Virus record (IMG/VR): IMGVR_UViG_3300034357_000407
Span: 1-52,799 of that record
DNA: 52,799 nt
Reading direction: 5' to 3' (one strand)
Source: a virus
Lineage: Duplodnaviria; Caudoviricetes
Positions 1-7,974 of the stretch are shown in pieces (within the stretch, counting starts at the first letter, position 1; every line of letters begins with the position of its first letter). The position numbers and the translations under genes are program-made. Below the pieces are notes generated by a model. The model was not told the origin of the DNA and searched no databases. It worked only from the letters and a program-made list of their open reading frames with translations.

Positions 1-2
1 CC

Positions 3-143
3 ATAAGTTATAAGAGGATTGACACGAATGAGAGTGATAGTAAGAGGAATAGGGTTGTGTTTAGCAATCAAAGTGATGCAGAGAGAGAGGTTATTCAGTC
101 ATACAATCAAGTGTTTAACTATATTCAAGAAAAAAGAAGGTAA
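3..143 (+). CDS. 3' end of a hypothetical protein, truncated by the window edge
   Basis: Frame 3 is open from the window start (ISYKRIDTNESDSKRNRVVF...IQEKRR) to TAA 141-143, 2 nt before the ATG at 146. Confidence 0.6.
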   Translation: MSYKRIDTNESDSKRNRVVFSNQSDAEREVIQSYNQVFNYIQEKRR

Positions 144-145
144 CT

Positions 146-577
146 ATGGGTATAGAAAGAGAGTTCATTCCGTACGAACAAGCGATAGCTTTAAAAGAAT
201 TAGGATTTGATGAACCTTGTGCTTCTTGTTATGGAAGTTATGTTCACAAAACATCTGAATTATTTTTAAATATTAATAATCCTGTTAATATAGAAACATT
301 AGTAAGAGAACCAACAGCATTTAATCAACCATCTTTTTACGTTAAAGCACCAACATTCTCACAAGCATTTAGATGGTTTAGAGAGAAGTATAAGTTTGAA
401 TTTCACATTGAGTGTTATAGGCATACTTCTGTAAAATACTATCAGGTACACTTAGATGACGTATTAAGTAAACATTCTTATAGTCTTGGAAAATCATTTA
501 CTTACAAAGAAGCAGAACTTGAATGTTTGAAGAAACTAATATCAATTATAAAAGAAAGTAAAAATGGAAACAATTAA
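146..577 (+). CDS. Conserved Bacteroidetes-phage hypothetical protein
   Basis: 143-aa ORF with EFIPYEQAIALKELGFDEPC...APTFSQAFRWFREK...TYKEAELECLKKLI, a pattern I recognise from Flavobacteria-type phages. Confidence 0.75.
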   Translation: MGIEREFIPYEQAIALKELGFDEPCASCYGSYVHKTSELFLNINNPVNIETLVREPTAFNQPSFYVKAPTFSQAFRWFREKYKFEFHIECYRHTSVKYYQVHLDDVLSKHSYSLGKSFTYKEAELECLKKLISIIKESKNGNN

Positions 578-815
578 GGAGAAAATTATCAATAGAGTAA
601 ATGTAATATACAATACTCTAATCAATGCAAATAAAAAAGACTCTGTATCGGAGGATGTTAAGAGTATTAGATTTGTGGTATTCAATGGTAAGACCACAGA
701 AGAATCAATTAAGATTAAGAAAATGTTTGATGTAGTCTTCGAGAGAGAATTAAATAAGAGATTACAAGAAGCAAATAATGAATTAAGTATAATTAATAAC
801 CATATAAATAAATAA
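564..815 (+). CDS. Hypothetical protein
   Basis: 83-aa ORF packed in the operon, overlapping the upstream gene. Confidence 0.7.
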   Translation: METIKEKIINRVNVIYNTLINANKKDSVSEDVKSIRFVVFNGKTTEESIKIKKMFDVVFERELNKRLQEANNELSIINNHINK

Positions 816-819
816 GATT

Positions 820-1302
820 ATGTATTTAGACGAAGCAATTTATAACATTGTAGTAAAGGAATCGAAAGAAGTTAAGGGAGAAGAAACTAAATCATTTGTT
901 GGTAGAAAACTTAAGTGTATGGAAGACAATGCAAACTACACATTAGCTGTGAAAGGAGAGGTAGTTGAAGTGGTAAATCAAGATGGTAGTGTATTAACCA
1001 TAAGCAAACCAATAAATGGTATTGATGGTATGAAGATAACTTCTTGTATGATTGGTAAGGAATTTAAACTACTAAAGAAGAAAGGCAAGAAAGATACCAT
1101 AGTTGAAGCAATTGTAGATAAATTTAAGAGCAGGAGTGATGTTGGTATTAAGAAATACAACACCACATTAGATAGGGATGACCTTACAACAGAGCAGTGG
1201 ATTGATCACGCAATTGAGGAAGGAATGGATATGATTCTATATTTAGAGAGATTAAAGAGAGATATAACTAATATTAAGAAAGCTGTAGGAGATGGAAAAT
1301 AA
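820..1302 (+). CDS. Protein with C-terminal MazG/dNTP-pyrophosphatase-like helical domain and small N-terminal beta domain
   Basis: C-terminal RSDVGIKKYNTTLDRDDL...WIDHAIEEGMDMILYLE has the EExxD pattern of all-alpha NTP pyrophosphatases. Confidence 0.55.
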   Translation: MYLDEAIYNIVVKESKEVKGEETKSFVGRKLKCMEDNANYTLAVKGEVVEVVNQDGSVLTISKPINGIDGMKITSCMIGKEFKLLKKKGKKDTIVEAIVDKFKSRSDVGIKKYNTTLDRDDLTTEQWIDHAIEEGMDMILYLERLKRDITNIKKAVGDGK

Positions 1303-1522
1303 GACACTGCAAAGGGTAATCTTTGAACTATCTGGGCAAAAGAATAATAGGGAGTTTGCAAAGTACATCAGGAGATCAGAGAGTTACACATCAAATATGA
1401 TAAACTCAGATAAGAACATAAGTGTTGAACTCGGAATTGATATGATGCAGAGAATGTATTTAGATAAGGAATTAATTAAGGATGTTATATTAAATTATAT
1501 AGATGAAGCTTTCTTTATTTAG
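1292..1522 (+). CDS. XRE/Cro-like HTH regulator
   Basis: NNREFAKYIRRSESYTSNMINSDKNIS resembles an XRE helix-turn-helix. Confidence 0.55.
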   Translation: MENKTLQRVIFELSGQKNNREFAKYIRRSESYTSNMINSDKNISVELGIDMMQRMYLDKELIKDVILNYIDEAFFI

Positions 1523-1533
1523 AAGATAGTTCT

Positions 1534-1541
1534 TATATTTG
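1534..1541 (+). promoter_or_regulatory. Bacteroidetes sigma-70 -7 element driving the ncRNA cluster
   Basis: TATATTTG matches TAnnTTTG. Confidence 0.6.
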
Positions 1542-1601
1542 CAAAGGTAAAATAGCTAAGCTGTGTAAAGCGTTCAAACTGATAATTGATTAGAAGCTAA
1601 A

Positions 1602-1677
1602 TCCAAAGTAGTGTAACTTGGTAACACAATCAATGGGCAACTGTTGATAAATGAAGTTTCGAATACTTCCTTTGGAG
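1602..1677 (+). ncRNA. tRNA-like RNA with non-canonical anticodon arm (pseudo-tRNA or tRNA mimic)
   Basis: Acceptor TCCAAAG/CTTTGGA plus G73; D arm GTGT-AACTTGGTA-ACAC; T arm GAAGT-TTCGAAT-ACTTC; middle arm ATCAATGG-GCAA-CTGTTGAT has no 7-nt anticodon loop. Confidence 0.75.
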
Positions 1678-1703
1678 CATAGTAGTTTTCTTATGATAAA
1701 AAT

Positions 1704-1804
1704 CTTTACAAATCCTGTAAGGTAGCTATTCCACTTGGTCGTTTCAACTGACAGTATAAGAAAACGGTAAACTCATAATTGACTGTCAAAAGTGGATATG
1801 GATT
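1704..1804 (+). ncRNA. Candidate structured RNA of unknown family
   Basis: Helices CTTTACA/TGTAAGG, TCCACTT/AAGTGGA and TGACAGT/ACTGTCA, with possible pseudoknots AATCC/GGATT and CGTTT/AAACG; no ORF here. Confidence 0.45.
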
Positions 1805-1808
1805 GACT

Positions 1809-1830
1809 GATGGAAAGACATCTTTTTTTT
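1809..1830 (+). terminator. Weak intrinsic terminator ending the ncRNA cluster
   Basis: GATG-GAAAGA-CATC hairpin followed by T8. Confidence 0.4.
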
Positions 1831-1860
1831 GTAATCACTTTTTTGTATTAAAATATTTTG

Positions 1861-1868
1861 TATCTTTG
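1861..1868 (+). promoter_or_regulatory. -7 promoter element for the replication operon
   Basis: TATCTTTG. Confidence 0.65.
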
Positions 1869-1872
1869 CCAA

Positions 1873-1977
1873 GTAATTTCTGTGGAGGATTAATTACAAT
1901 TGAAAATATTACAATATCATTAGAAACCTTATAAGGATTAGAGCCTCCACCTCGAAACTTATAGGGTTTTCTGTTTT
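1873..1977 (+). promoter_or_regulatory. 5' leader with two hairpins whose loops are complementary (kissing-loop attenuator candidate)
   Basis: GTAATT/AATTAC hairpin with loop GTGGAGG (1882-1888); AAACCTTATAAG/CTTATAGGGTTT hairpin with apical loop CCTCCAC (1944-1950), followed by a T-rich tract. Confidence 0.6.
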
Positions 1978-1994
1978 AAATAAATACTAAGCGT

Positions 1995-2495
1995 ATGAAA
2001 TTTTTGGAAAAAAATTTAGAAGACATTATTTGGGAAGCAAGTAATGAAAAGTTACAAGAGAGGGGTTTAAATATTTCTGGAAAGAAATTAAGACAATTAA
2101 GAATTGGTAATTATGGAATTGCTGATTTAGTTACATTTGATAGGGATTATTACCATACGGAATATCTTCATCCTTTTTTAAATATAACTGTTTATGAGTT
2201 AAAAAAAGATAAGGCTGGAATATCTGCTTTTTTACAAGCTATTAGGTATTGCAGAGGTATAAAATCTTATTTAGAAAAACATAAGCCACATATTGATTTT
2301 TCATTAAATATTGTCTTGTGTTCAAAAGAAATAGATACCAATAGTGATTATATATTTTTATGTGATTTAATTCGCTATAATGAATATGAATCTGGTCTTA
2401 TAAATTCAATATCTAATTATTCTTTTGACTACAGCATTGATGGTATACAATTTAAAGAGGAAAAAAATTACGATTTAATAAATAAAGGATTTTAA
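1995..2495 (+). CDS. PD-(D/E)XK nuclease (NucS/restriction-endonuclease-like fold)
   Basis: LEKNLEDII...GIADLV...VYELKK...AFLQAIRY motif order. Confidence 0.65.
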   Translation: MKFLEKNLEDIIWEASNEKLQERGLNISGKKLRQLRIGNYGIADLVTFDRDYYHTEYLHPFLNITVYELKKDKAGISAFLQAIRYCRGIKSYLEKHKPHIDFSLNIVLCSKEIDTNSDYIFLCDLIRYNEYESGLINSISNYSFDYSIDGIQFKEEKNYDLINKGF

Positions 2496-2496
2496 T

Positions 2497-3258
2497 ATGA
2501 ATGGATTTGAACAAATAAAAAGCTTTTACTCTTGGGTTTTTAATAACCCAGATAAAGTTAAGACAACTCATATTAGTCTGTATCTATTCTTATTAAATCA
2601 AAATAATAGATCTATGTGGGTTGAATGGTTTAAGTGTCCTTATGATTTAGCTATGCAAGGAGCGTGTATAGGTAGTAAAACAACTTACTACAAAAGCTTG
2701 AAAGACTTACAAGAATTTGGATTAATAGAATACAAAGAAGGTTTAAATAACTATAAATCTCCTTTAGTTAAGTTAATTTGCTTGTACAAATCTGTACCGC
2801 TGAGTGAACAAGCATCTGTACCGCTGAGTGAACAAGCATCTGTACAAGCATCTGTACAACTACCTGTACAACTGAGTGGACACATATATAAACTAATAAC
2901 TAATAACATTAAACTTATAACAGATAACCAAGATAAATTTGAATTATTTATTAAATCATTAAGTGAAGGTTGTGAAGTAAAACATAAATTAAAGAAATCT
3001 ATTAATCCTTCTAAAGAAGATGTTATTAGTTTTTTTGTTGAAAATGGTTATAAAGAATCTTCTGCTATTAAGGCGTTTGATTATTATAATGATGGTCAAT
3101 GGACTGATAGTAATGGGAAGAAGGTTGTTAATTGGAAGCAAAAAATGAGAATTGTTTGGTTTAAAGATGAACATAGGTTTGTAGATAGTAAAGATATATT
3201 ACCAGATAATGTTGTGGTTTGGAAAGATGGTATTAAGAGAGTTAAAACACCTTTTTAG
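2497..3258 (+). CDS. Replication initiator (lambda O / DnaD-like)
   Basis: N-terminal winged-helix-like region, central repeat linker (SVPLSEQA x2), C-terminal FDYY...W...GKKVVNWK domain; lies directly upstream of the helicase. Confidence 0.7.
   Translation: MNGFEQIKSFYSWVFNNPDKVKTTHISLYLFLLNQNNRSMWVEWFKCPYDLAMQGACIGSKTTYYKSLKDLQEFGLIEYKEGLNNYKSPLVKLICLYKSVPLSEQASVPLSEQASVQASVQLPVQLSGHIYKLITNNIKLITDNQDKFELFIKSLSEGCEVKHKLKKSINPSKEDVISFFVENGYKESSAIKAFDYYNDGQWTDSNGKKVVNWKQKMRIVWFKDEHRFVDSKDILPDNVVVWKDGIKRVKTPF
2779..2882 (+). repeat. Iteron-like repeats (putative replication origin) inside the initiator gene
   Basis: TCTGTACCGCTGAGTGAACAAGCA x2 (2791-2838), then 12-mers TCTGTACAAGCA, TCTGTACAACTA, CCTGTACAACTG; one inverted copy TGCTTGTACA at 2779; AT-rich tract follows. 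Confidence 0.7.
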
Positions 3259-3260
3259 AT

Positions 3261-5063
3261 ATGAATAAATTTATAGATTGGAACACACTTGATTTTAGAA
3301 AAACGAGTGGTAAAGAAAAGATGAGATGTCCTTCTTGTGATAGTACAAGGTCAGATAAGAAAGATAAGAGTTTATTAGTTGATCATAATTCTGGTTATGG
3401 AAAATGTTTTTATTGTGAGTCATTAACATTTAAAGAGGTTAATAAAGTTATTGCAGATACTTCATACACATTACCTAATCAAGACTGGTTTAATTATACT
3501 GAATTATCAGACAAAATAGTTAAGTATTTAGAAAGTAGAGGTATCTCTCAAACAACCGCAATTAATTTAGGTATAACAGAAGAAGATTACTACCAGCCAT
3601 CTGTTGAGTCAAAAAGAAAGAATATTGTATTTAATTATTTTGAAGGAGATATTATTGTAAATAAGAAATACAGAACATCAGATAAGAAGTTTACTCAATC
3701 GACAAATGGAAAGTCTATATTTTATAATATAAACTCAATAATAAATGAAGAAGAATGTTACATAGTTGAAGGAGAGTTTGATGTATTAGCTGTTCATCAA
3801 GTCGGAATAAAGAATGTAATTAGTGTTCCTAATGGGGCTAATGATAATGATAAGTACTGGTTAAATTCAGAAAAGTACTTAAAAAACATTAAGAAGTTTT
3901 ATATAGCTACAGACAATGATGAAAAAGGTGATGACTTAGCTGATAAGATTGCTCAAAGATTAGGTAGATGGAGATGTGAGAGAATAAACTTTAAAGGGAA
4001 AGATGCTAATGAAGATTTAATAAATTCTTGTTTACTTTCATCTCTTAGCAATAGAACAACTTACCCAGTTGCAGGAACTCATTTAGTTAATGACCTAATT
4101 GATGATATAAATAATCTTTATGACAATGGATTTCCAGATACAATATTTCCAAAACATCATTCATTTGGTAAATTAAAAGATGTATTTTCTGTAATGAGAG
4201 GTCACTTAGTTGTAGGAACAGGAATTCCATCACACGGTAAATCTAACTTTACTGAATGGTATGTATTGAATTTGATTTCAGATTATAAAATGAAGGCAAG
4301 TTTTTATAGTCCTGAACACCATCCATTTAGTTTACACCACGCAACATTTATGCAAAAGGTATATGGAAAGAATTTTTTTAAAGATTATCCAGGAGTACCA
4401 AGAATTTCTAAAAGTGAAATAAATAGATACAAAGAATGGGCAAATAATAAAATATACTTAACAGCTCCAGATAATAGTACTTCTCCTACTTGGGGTTGGT
4501 TATTAGATAGATTTAAAGAGCAAATGATTTGTTATGGTATAGATATATTTGTGATAGATGCATTCAATAAGTTAGAGTTCGACAAGAGTGGTAATAAGTT
4601 GGATCAGATAAATGAAGTTCTAACAAAGTTAACTACTTTTGCTCAGATGAATAATGTAATTATATTTTTAATTGCACATCCAACAAAGATGAAGAAGAGT
4701 GAATCAGGTATTTATGAAAGTCCTACATTGTATGATGTTTCTGGTAGTAGTGATTTTAGAAACCAAACTCACGATGGATATTGTATTTATAGAAATTTTG
4801 ATGAAGATGGAGGATATACTACATTCACAAATTTAAAAACAAAGATGACTTTTCAAGGAGAGATTGGAGCTTACTCTGAATTTCAATATGATTTAGCTTC
4901 AGGAAGATATTATGATAGAAGTACTGAATGTCCTACTCATTGTTTAATTGACGATAATTCTTATGAAAGAATTGTATATGATGAGTGTGATGCTCCATTA
5001 CCAACTCCAACACCAGACCAAGCATTTGGACCAATAGATATTAATAATGAAATACCATTTTAA
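3261..5063 (+). CDS. Primase-helicase (T7 gp4/Twinkle type)
   Basis: Zn finger CPSC...CFYC; TOPRIM VEGEFD and ATDND; Walker A GIPSHGKS; Walker B FVIDAFN; IAHPTK; SGSSDF. Confidence 0.92.
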   Translation: MNKFIDWNTLDFRKTSGKEKMRCPSCDSTRSDKKDKSLLVDHNSGYGKCFYCESLTFKEVNKVIADTSYTLPNQDWFNYTELSDKIVKYLESRGISQTTAINLGITEEDYYQPSVESKRKNIVFNYFEGDIIVNKKYRTSDKKFTQSTNGKSIFYNINSIINEEECYIVEGEFDVLAVHQVGIKNVISVPNGANDNDKYWLNSEKYLKNIKKFYIATDNDEKGDDLADKIAQRLGRWRCERINFKGKDANEDLINSCLLSSLSNRTTYPVAGTHLVNDLIDDINNLYDNGFPDTIFPKHHSFGKLKDVFSVMRGHLVVGTGIPSHGKSNFTEWYVLNLISDYKMKASFYSPEHHPFSLHHATFMQKVYGKNFFKDYPGVPRISKSEINRYKEWANNKIYLTAPDNSTSPTWGWLLDRFKEQMICYGIDIFVIDAFNKLEFDKSGNKLDQINEVLTKLTTFAQMNNVIIFLIAHPTKMKKSESGIYESPTLYDVSGSSDFRNQTHDGYCIYRNFDEDGGYTTFTNLKTKMTFQGEIGAYSEFQYDLASGRYYDRSTECPTHCLIDDNSYERIVYDECDAPLPTPTPDQAFGPIDINNEIPF

Positions 5064-5066
5064 GAT

Positions 5067-5312
5067 ATGAAATTAGTAGATAAAATACAAGAGGCACGTA
5101 GTAACAAACTTAGCGATTATTCTATAATTTACACACCTACCGCTGAAGTTATTGAGGGGATAGCAGATGAGTTTGCTATTAGTTTTTGCGAGTGGTTATA
5201 TAAATGGGATAATACTAGGCTACCTAATGGAAATTGGATTATCAAATTAGGACTTAAACCTTATACATCAGCAGAGGTGTTAGAAATATTTAAAAAGGAA
5301 AAAGGATTGTGA
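5067..5312 (+). CDS. Hypothetical protein, paralogue of 6697..6909
   Basis: IADEFAISFCEWL...LEIFKKEKGL. Confidence 0.75.
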   Translation: MKLVDKIQEARSNKLSDYSIIYTPTAEVIEGIADEFAISFCEWLYKWDNTRLPNGNWIIKLGLKPYTSAEVLEIFKKEKGL

Positions 5313-5413
5313 AAACACTTGAAAGATTAAAGTTTCGTAAAAAATACCGATTCTTCATTAGATTAAAAAATAAAATAATTTTCAACTATTTACTTTTAAA
5401 GGATAAGATATGA
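5309..5413 (+). CDS. 34-aa basic peptide (not in ORF track)
   Basis: GTG start overlaps the upstream TGA (GTGA) and its TGA overlaps the next ATG (ATGA); MKTLERLKFRKKYRFFIRLKNKIIFNYLLLKDKI. Confidence 0.6.
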   Translation: MKTLERLKFRKKYRFFIRLKNKIIFNYLLLKDKI

Positions 5414-5745
5414 ATACACATACATCGCATTTATATTATCAAGATAATAATCAGTTTGACAAAATAGCAATTGGATTAATATGGTTTAATGTTGAACAAA
5501 CTTTTATAGAAATAAAAAAAGAAAAATTAAAAATTGTTAAAAAACTAAATCCTATTGGATACGAACTTTTAAAACATACTGCTTACAGCTTTAGAACAAG
5601 TTATTTAGAACAAGGAGCTACATACGAATTGATAGAAAGGGCTTCTAGATACAATAATAATATGTTTCAAATAACACCCCCTTCTTTTATTTCTTTAGGG
5701 TGTACAGAAGAAAATTTTAATAAATATTTCGATAAATATGTTTAA
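5410..5745 (+). CDS. Hypothetical protein
   Basis: 111-aa ORF in operon. Confidence 0.7.
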   Translation: MNTHTSHLYYQDNNQFDKIAIGLIWFNVEQTFIEIKKEKLKIVKKLNPIGYELLKHTAYSFRTSYLEQGATYELIERASRYNNNMFQITPPSFISLGCTEENFNKYFDKYV

Positions 5746-5759
5746 CTAGAATATAATAT

Positions 5760-6137
5760 ATGAATACATACACCGTAAAAGATATAGCTGAGTACTGCAA
5801 TATAGATAAAACAACTATAACACATAGAATGAAGGTATTAGGCATAATAAAAGAGAATAGGAAGAGTGGTAAGGTGCTTTACTTTGATGAAGAAGAATTT
5901 GAGAGTATTATAAACTTTAAGAAGAGTCATTATAAGAGGTTGTATTCATCACTTACATATTCAAAGAAGAAGATATACATTATAGAGTACTTCTTATCCA
6001 ATAAAGATAATTCAAGCCCAGAGATTGCATCCTACTTCGATGTACCTGAGAGCTTTATAAATGCCACACTTACAGAATATTTAGAAAATAATTCAACAAT
6101 CTTAGTTGGTAGTAAAATTAATTTAGTAGATTTGTAA
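5760..6137 (+). CDS. Double HTH DNA-binding protein
   Basis: YTVKDIAEYCNIDKTTITHRMK and SSPEIASYFDVPESFINATL. Confidence 0.6.
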   Translation: MNTYTVKDIAEYCNIDKTTITHRMKVLGIIKENRKSGKVLYFDEEEFESIINFKKSHYKRLYSSLTYSKKKIYIIEYFLSNKDNSSPEIASYFDVPESFINATLTEYLENNSTILVGSKINLVDL

Positions 6138-6147
6138 AAAATAAAAT

Positions 6148-6333
6148 ATGGAATTACAACTTAAATCATACGGAAAAACAATAACCTTTAAAACTGAACA
6201 CGATGATGTTTCTTTAGAGGAATACTTTGAGGCTTTTGAAGGGCTACTTGTTCAAGCTACATTTCATCAAAAAAGTATTAGAGAGTTTATTATAGAGTGG
6301 GGTAAAGAATTAGAGGATTTTAAAGATAAATAA
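6148..6333 (+). CDS. Hypothetical protein
   Basis: 61-aa ORF in operon with A-rich leader. Confidence 0.7.
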   Translation: MELQLKSYGKTITFKTEHDDVSLEEYFEAFEGLLVQATFHQKSIREFIIEWGKELEDFKDK

Positions 6334-6336
6334 GGT

Positions 6337-6693
6337 ATGGAAATAAAATGTTATTGCGGTCATACAGATAGATGTGATTGCGAGCCTGAGATAGAGGTTA
6401 TAAAGAGTCAAGAGCTTTTATTTAATGATTTAGGGAAGTACAATTATAGATTGGTTAGAGAAAGAGATAATATGATGTGTACATCTTTAGCTATTAAGTG
6501 GTTAGAATTTGATGAGAATGGAAGATATAAAGCAGACTTTCAATCAGCAGCTATAGGGAGAAGTTTAATTATGTCTCCGTTTAATATATATTTTACTTGG
6601 CAAACAACACCAGTAACAGAAATACTTGAAGAGAAAGATAATTATATTAGATTTTCAACAGAGAATAGTATTTACGAATTATTTAAAGAATAA
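6337..6693 (+). CDS. Hypothetical protein with N-terminal CYCGH...CDC Cys/His cluster
   Basis: 118-aa ORF; C-terminal WQTTPVTEIL...FSTENSIYEL phage domain. Confidence 0.7.
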   Translation: MEIKCYCGHTDRCDCEPEIEVIKSQELLFNDLGKYNYRLVRERDNMMCTSLAIKWLEFDENGRYKADFQSAAIGRSLIMSPFNIYFTWQTTPVTEILEEKDNYIRFSTENSIYELFKE

Positions 6694-6696
6694 GAT

Positions 6697-6909
6697 ATGA
6701 AATTAAAAGAAAAAATACATCAAAGAATTAAGTATCATACAGGATTGTATAAATCTAATTTAACTAAAGAAATTTCAGAAATAGCAGATGATTACGCTAT
6801 TGAGTTTGCAGATTGGTTAACAGAAACAAGGCTTTATAATGAAGAAGTTTATAGTATGAATAATACAAAACAACTATTAGAAATATTCAAAAAAGAAAAA
6901 GGAATATGA
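6697..6909 (+). CDS. Hypothetical protein, paralogue of 5067..5312
   Basis: IADDYAIEFADWL...LEIFKKEKGI. Confidence 0.75.
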   Translation: MKLKEKIHQRIKYHTGLYKSNLTKEISEIADDYAIEFADWLTETRLYNEEVYSMNNTKQLLEIFKKEKGI

Positions 6910-7583
6910 AAATATGGCATATAAGTGATACTCATACGTATCATGATTTATTAGTAATACCAAGTGATATTGATATGATTATACATTCAGGTGATTGTAG
7001 TAATTCAAGAGACCCTTACAACAATGAACCAGAAGTTAGAGACTTCATTGATTGGTATAAAGAATTACCTATAAAATACAAGATTTATGTTGCAGGCAAC
7101 CATTGCGTCTCAATTGAGAAAAAACTTGTAACTAAAAAAGACTTTGAAGATGCTGGCATTATTTACCTTGAAAATGAGTCTGTAACAATCGAAGGGATTA
7201 AGATATTTGGATCACCACACACACCTAACTTTGGTAATTGGGCTTTTATGAAGGAAAGAACAAAGCTTGATAGGTTTTGGAGATTAGCTATTGAAGAAGA
7301 TGTTGATATTGTTATCACCCACGGTCCTCCAAGAGGTGTTTTAGACAAGTCTTACGATAGAAATCATAATATTGAATCTTGCGGAGATAAGTCTTTATTG
7401 AATAGGATATTAGAGGTGCAGCCTGCTTATTGTCTTTTTGGACATATACATAACTGCAAGGATATTATTAATGCTGGTGTGCAAAAGTTAAGTATTTGCG
7501 ATACGTGGTTTAGTAATGGCTCGGTTGTAACAGATGGTAGGTTTGGTAAATTAAGTAGTAACGGAAATATAATAGAGATATAA
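6906..7583 (+). CDS. Calcineurin-like metallophosphoesterase
   Basis: SDTH, HSGD, AGNH, THGPP and FGHIH motifs. Confidence 0.9.
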   Translation: MKIWHISDTHTYHDLLVIPSDIDMIIHSGDCSNSRDPYNNEPEVRDFIDWYKELPIKYKIYVAGNHCVSIEKKLVTKKDFEDAGIIYLENESVTIEGIKIFGSPHTPNFGNWAFMKERTKLDRFWRLAIEEDVDIVITHGPPRGVLDKSYDRNHNIESCGDKSLLNRILEVQPAYCLFGHIHNCKDIINAGVQKLSICDTWFSNGSVVTDGRFGKLSSNGNIIEI

Positions 7584-7584
7584 A

Positions 7585-7974
7585 ATGGAAAAACTTTATA
7601 GAAAAAAGAGTAATGGTAGATACCAAGAAGTTATTGGTTATACAGATACTTTATCAGATGGTATTTGGTTAGTTCAAACAAAACCATATAGTAGAAGTAT
7701 GTCTTCATTAATATGGAAAGTAGGTGATTTAAAAAGAATTGCAGATATTACAACACACGCATCATTGCAATCATACGAAGATGATTTGACAAATTACTTA
7801 ATGAAAATTACAGACAGTAGCTCAGAAGAATATAAAAGCGCTGTAGAACAAATAGGTAGTGGTTGGATAAAAGGACCCATAGGATATAGTAATATATCAG
7901 CTAGAGATTTATGTATATTATTTTTAAGACAAATAGCTATTAACATAGAAAATGAAGATAAAAGTAGAATTTGA
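7585..7974 (+). CDS. Hypothetical protein
   Basis: 129-aa ORF in operon. Confidence 0.7.
   Translation: MEKLYRKKSNGRYQEVIGYTDTLSDGIWLVQTKPYSRSMSSLIWKVGDLKRIADITTHASLQSYEDDLTNYLMKITDSSSEEYKSAVEQIGSGWIKGPIGYSNISARDLCILFLRQIAINIENEDKSRI

Noticed and set aside
19-210. 63-aa ORF in the track
   Set aside because: It overlaps 146..577 out of frame; frame 3 (3..143), ending just before ATG 146, is the better gene
1602-1677. Calling this a functional tRNA-Cys(GCA), -Asn(GTT) or -Gln(TTG)
   Set aside because: None of these triplets sits centrally in a 7-nt loop with U33 on a 5-bp stem
1807-1822. CTGATGGAAAG as a hammerhead core
   Set aside because: CUGAUGG does not fit CUGANGA and there is no stem II/III arrangement; it reads better as a terminator hairpin
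2791-2874. CRISPR array
   Set aside because: The repeats are contiguous 12/24-mers without unique spacers, in frame inside a gene; no cas genes are present
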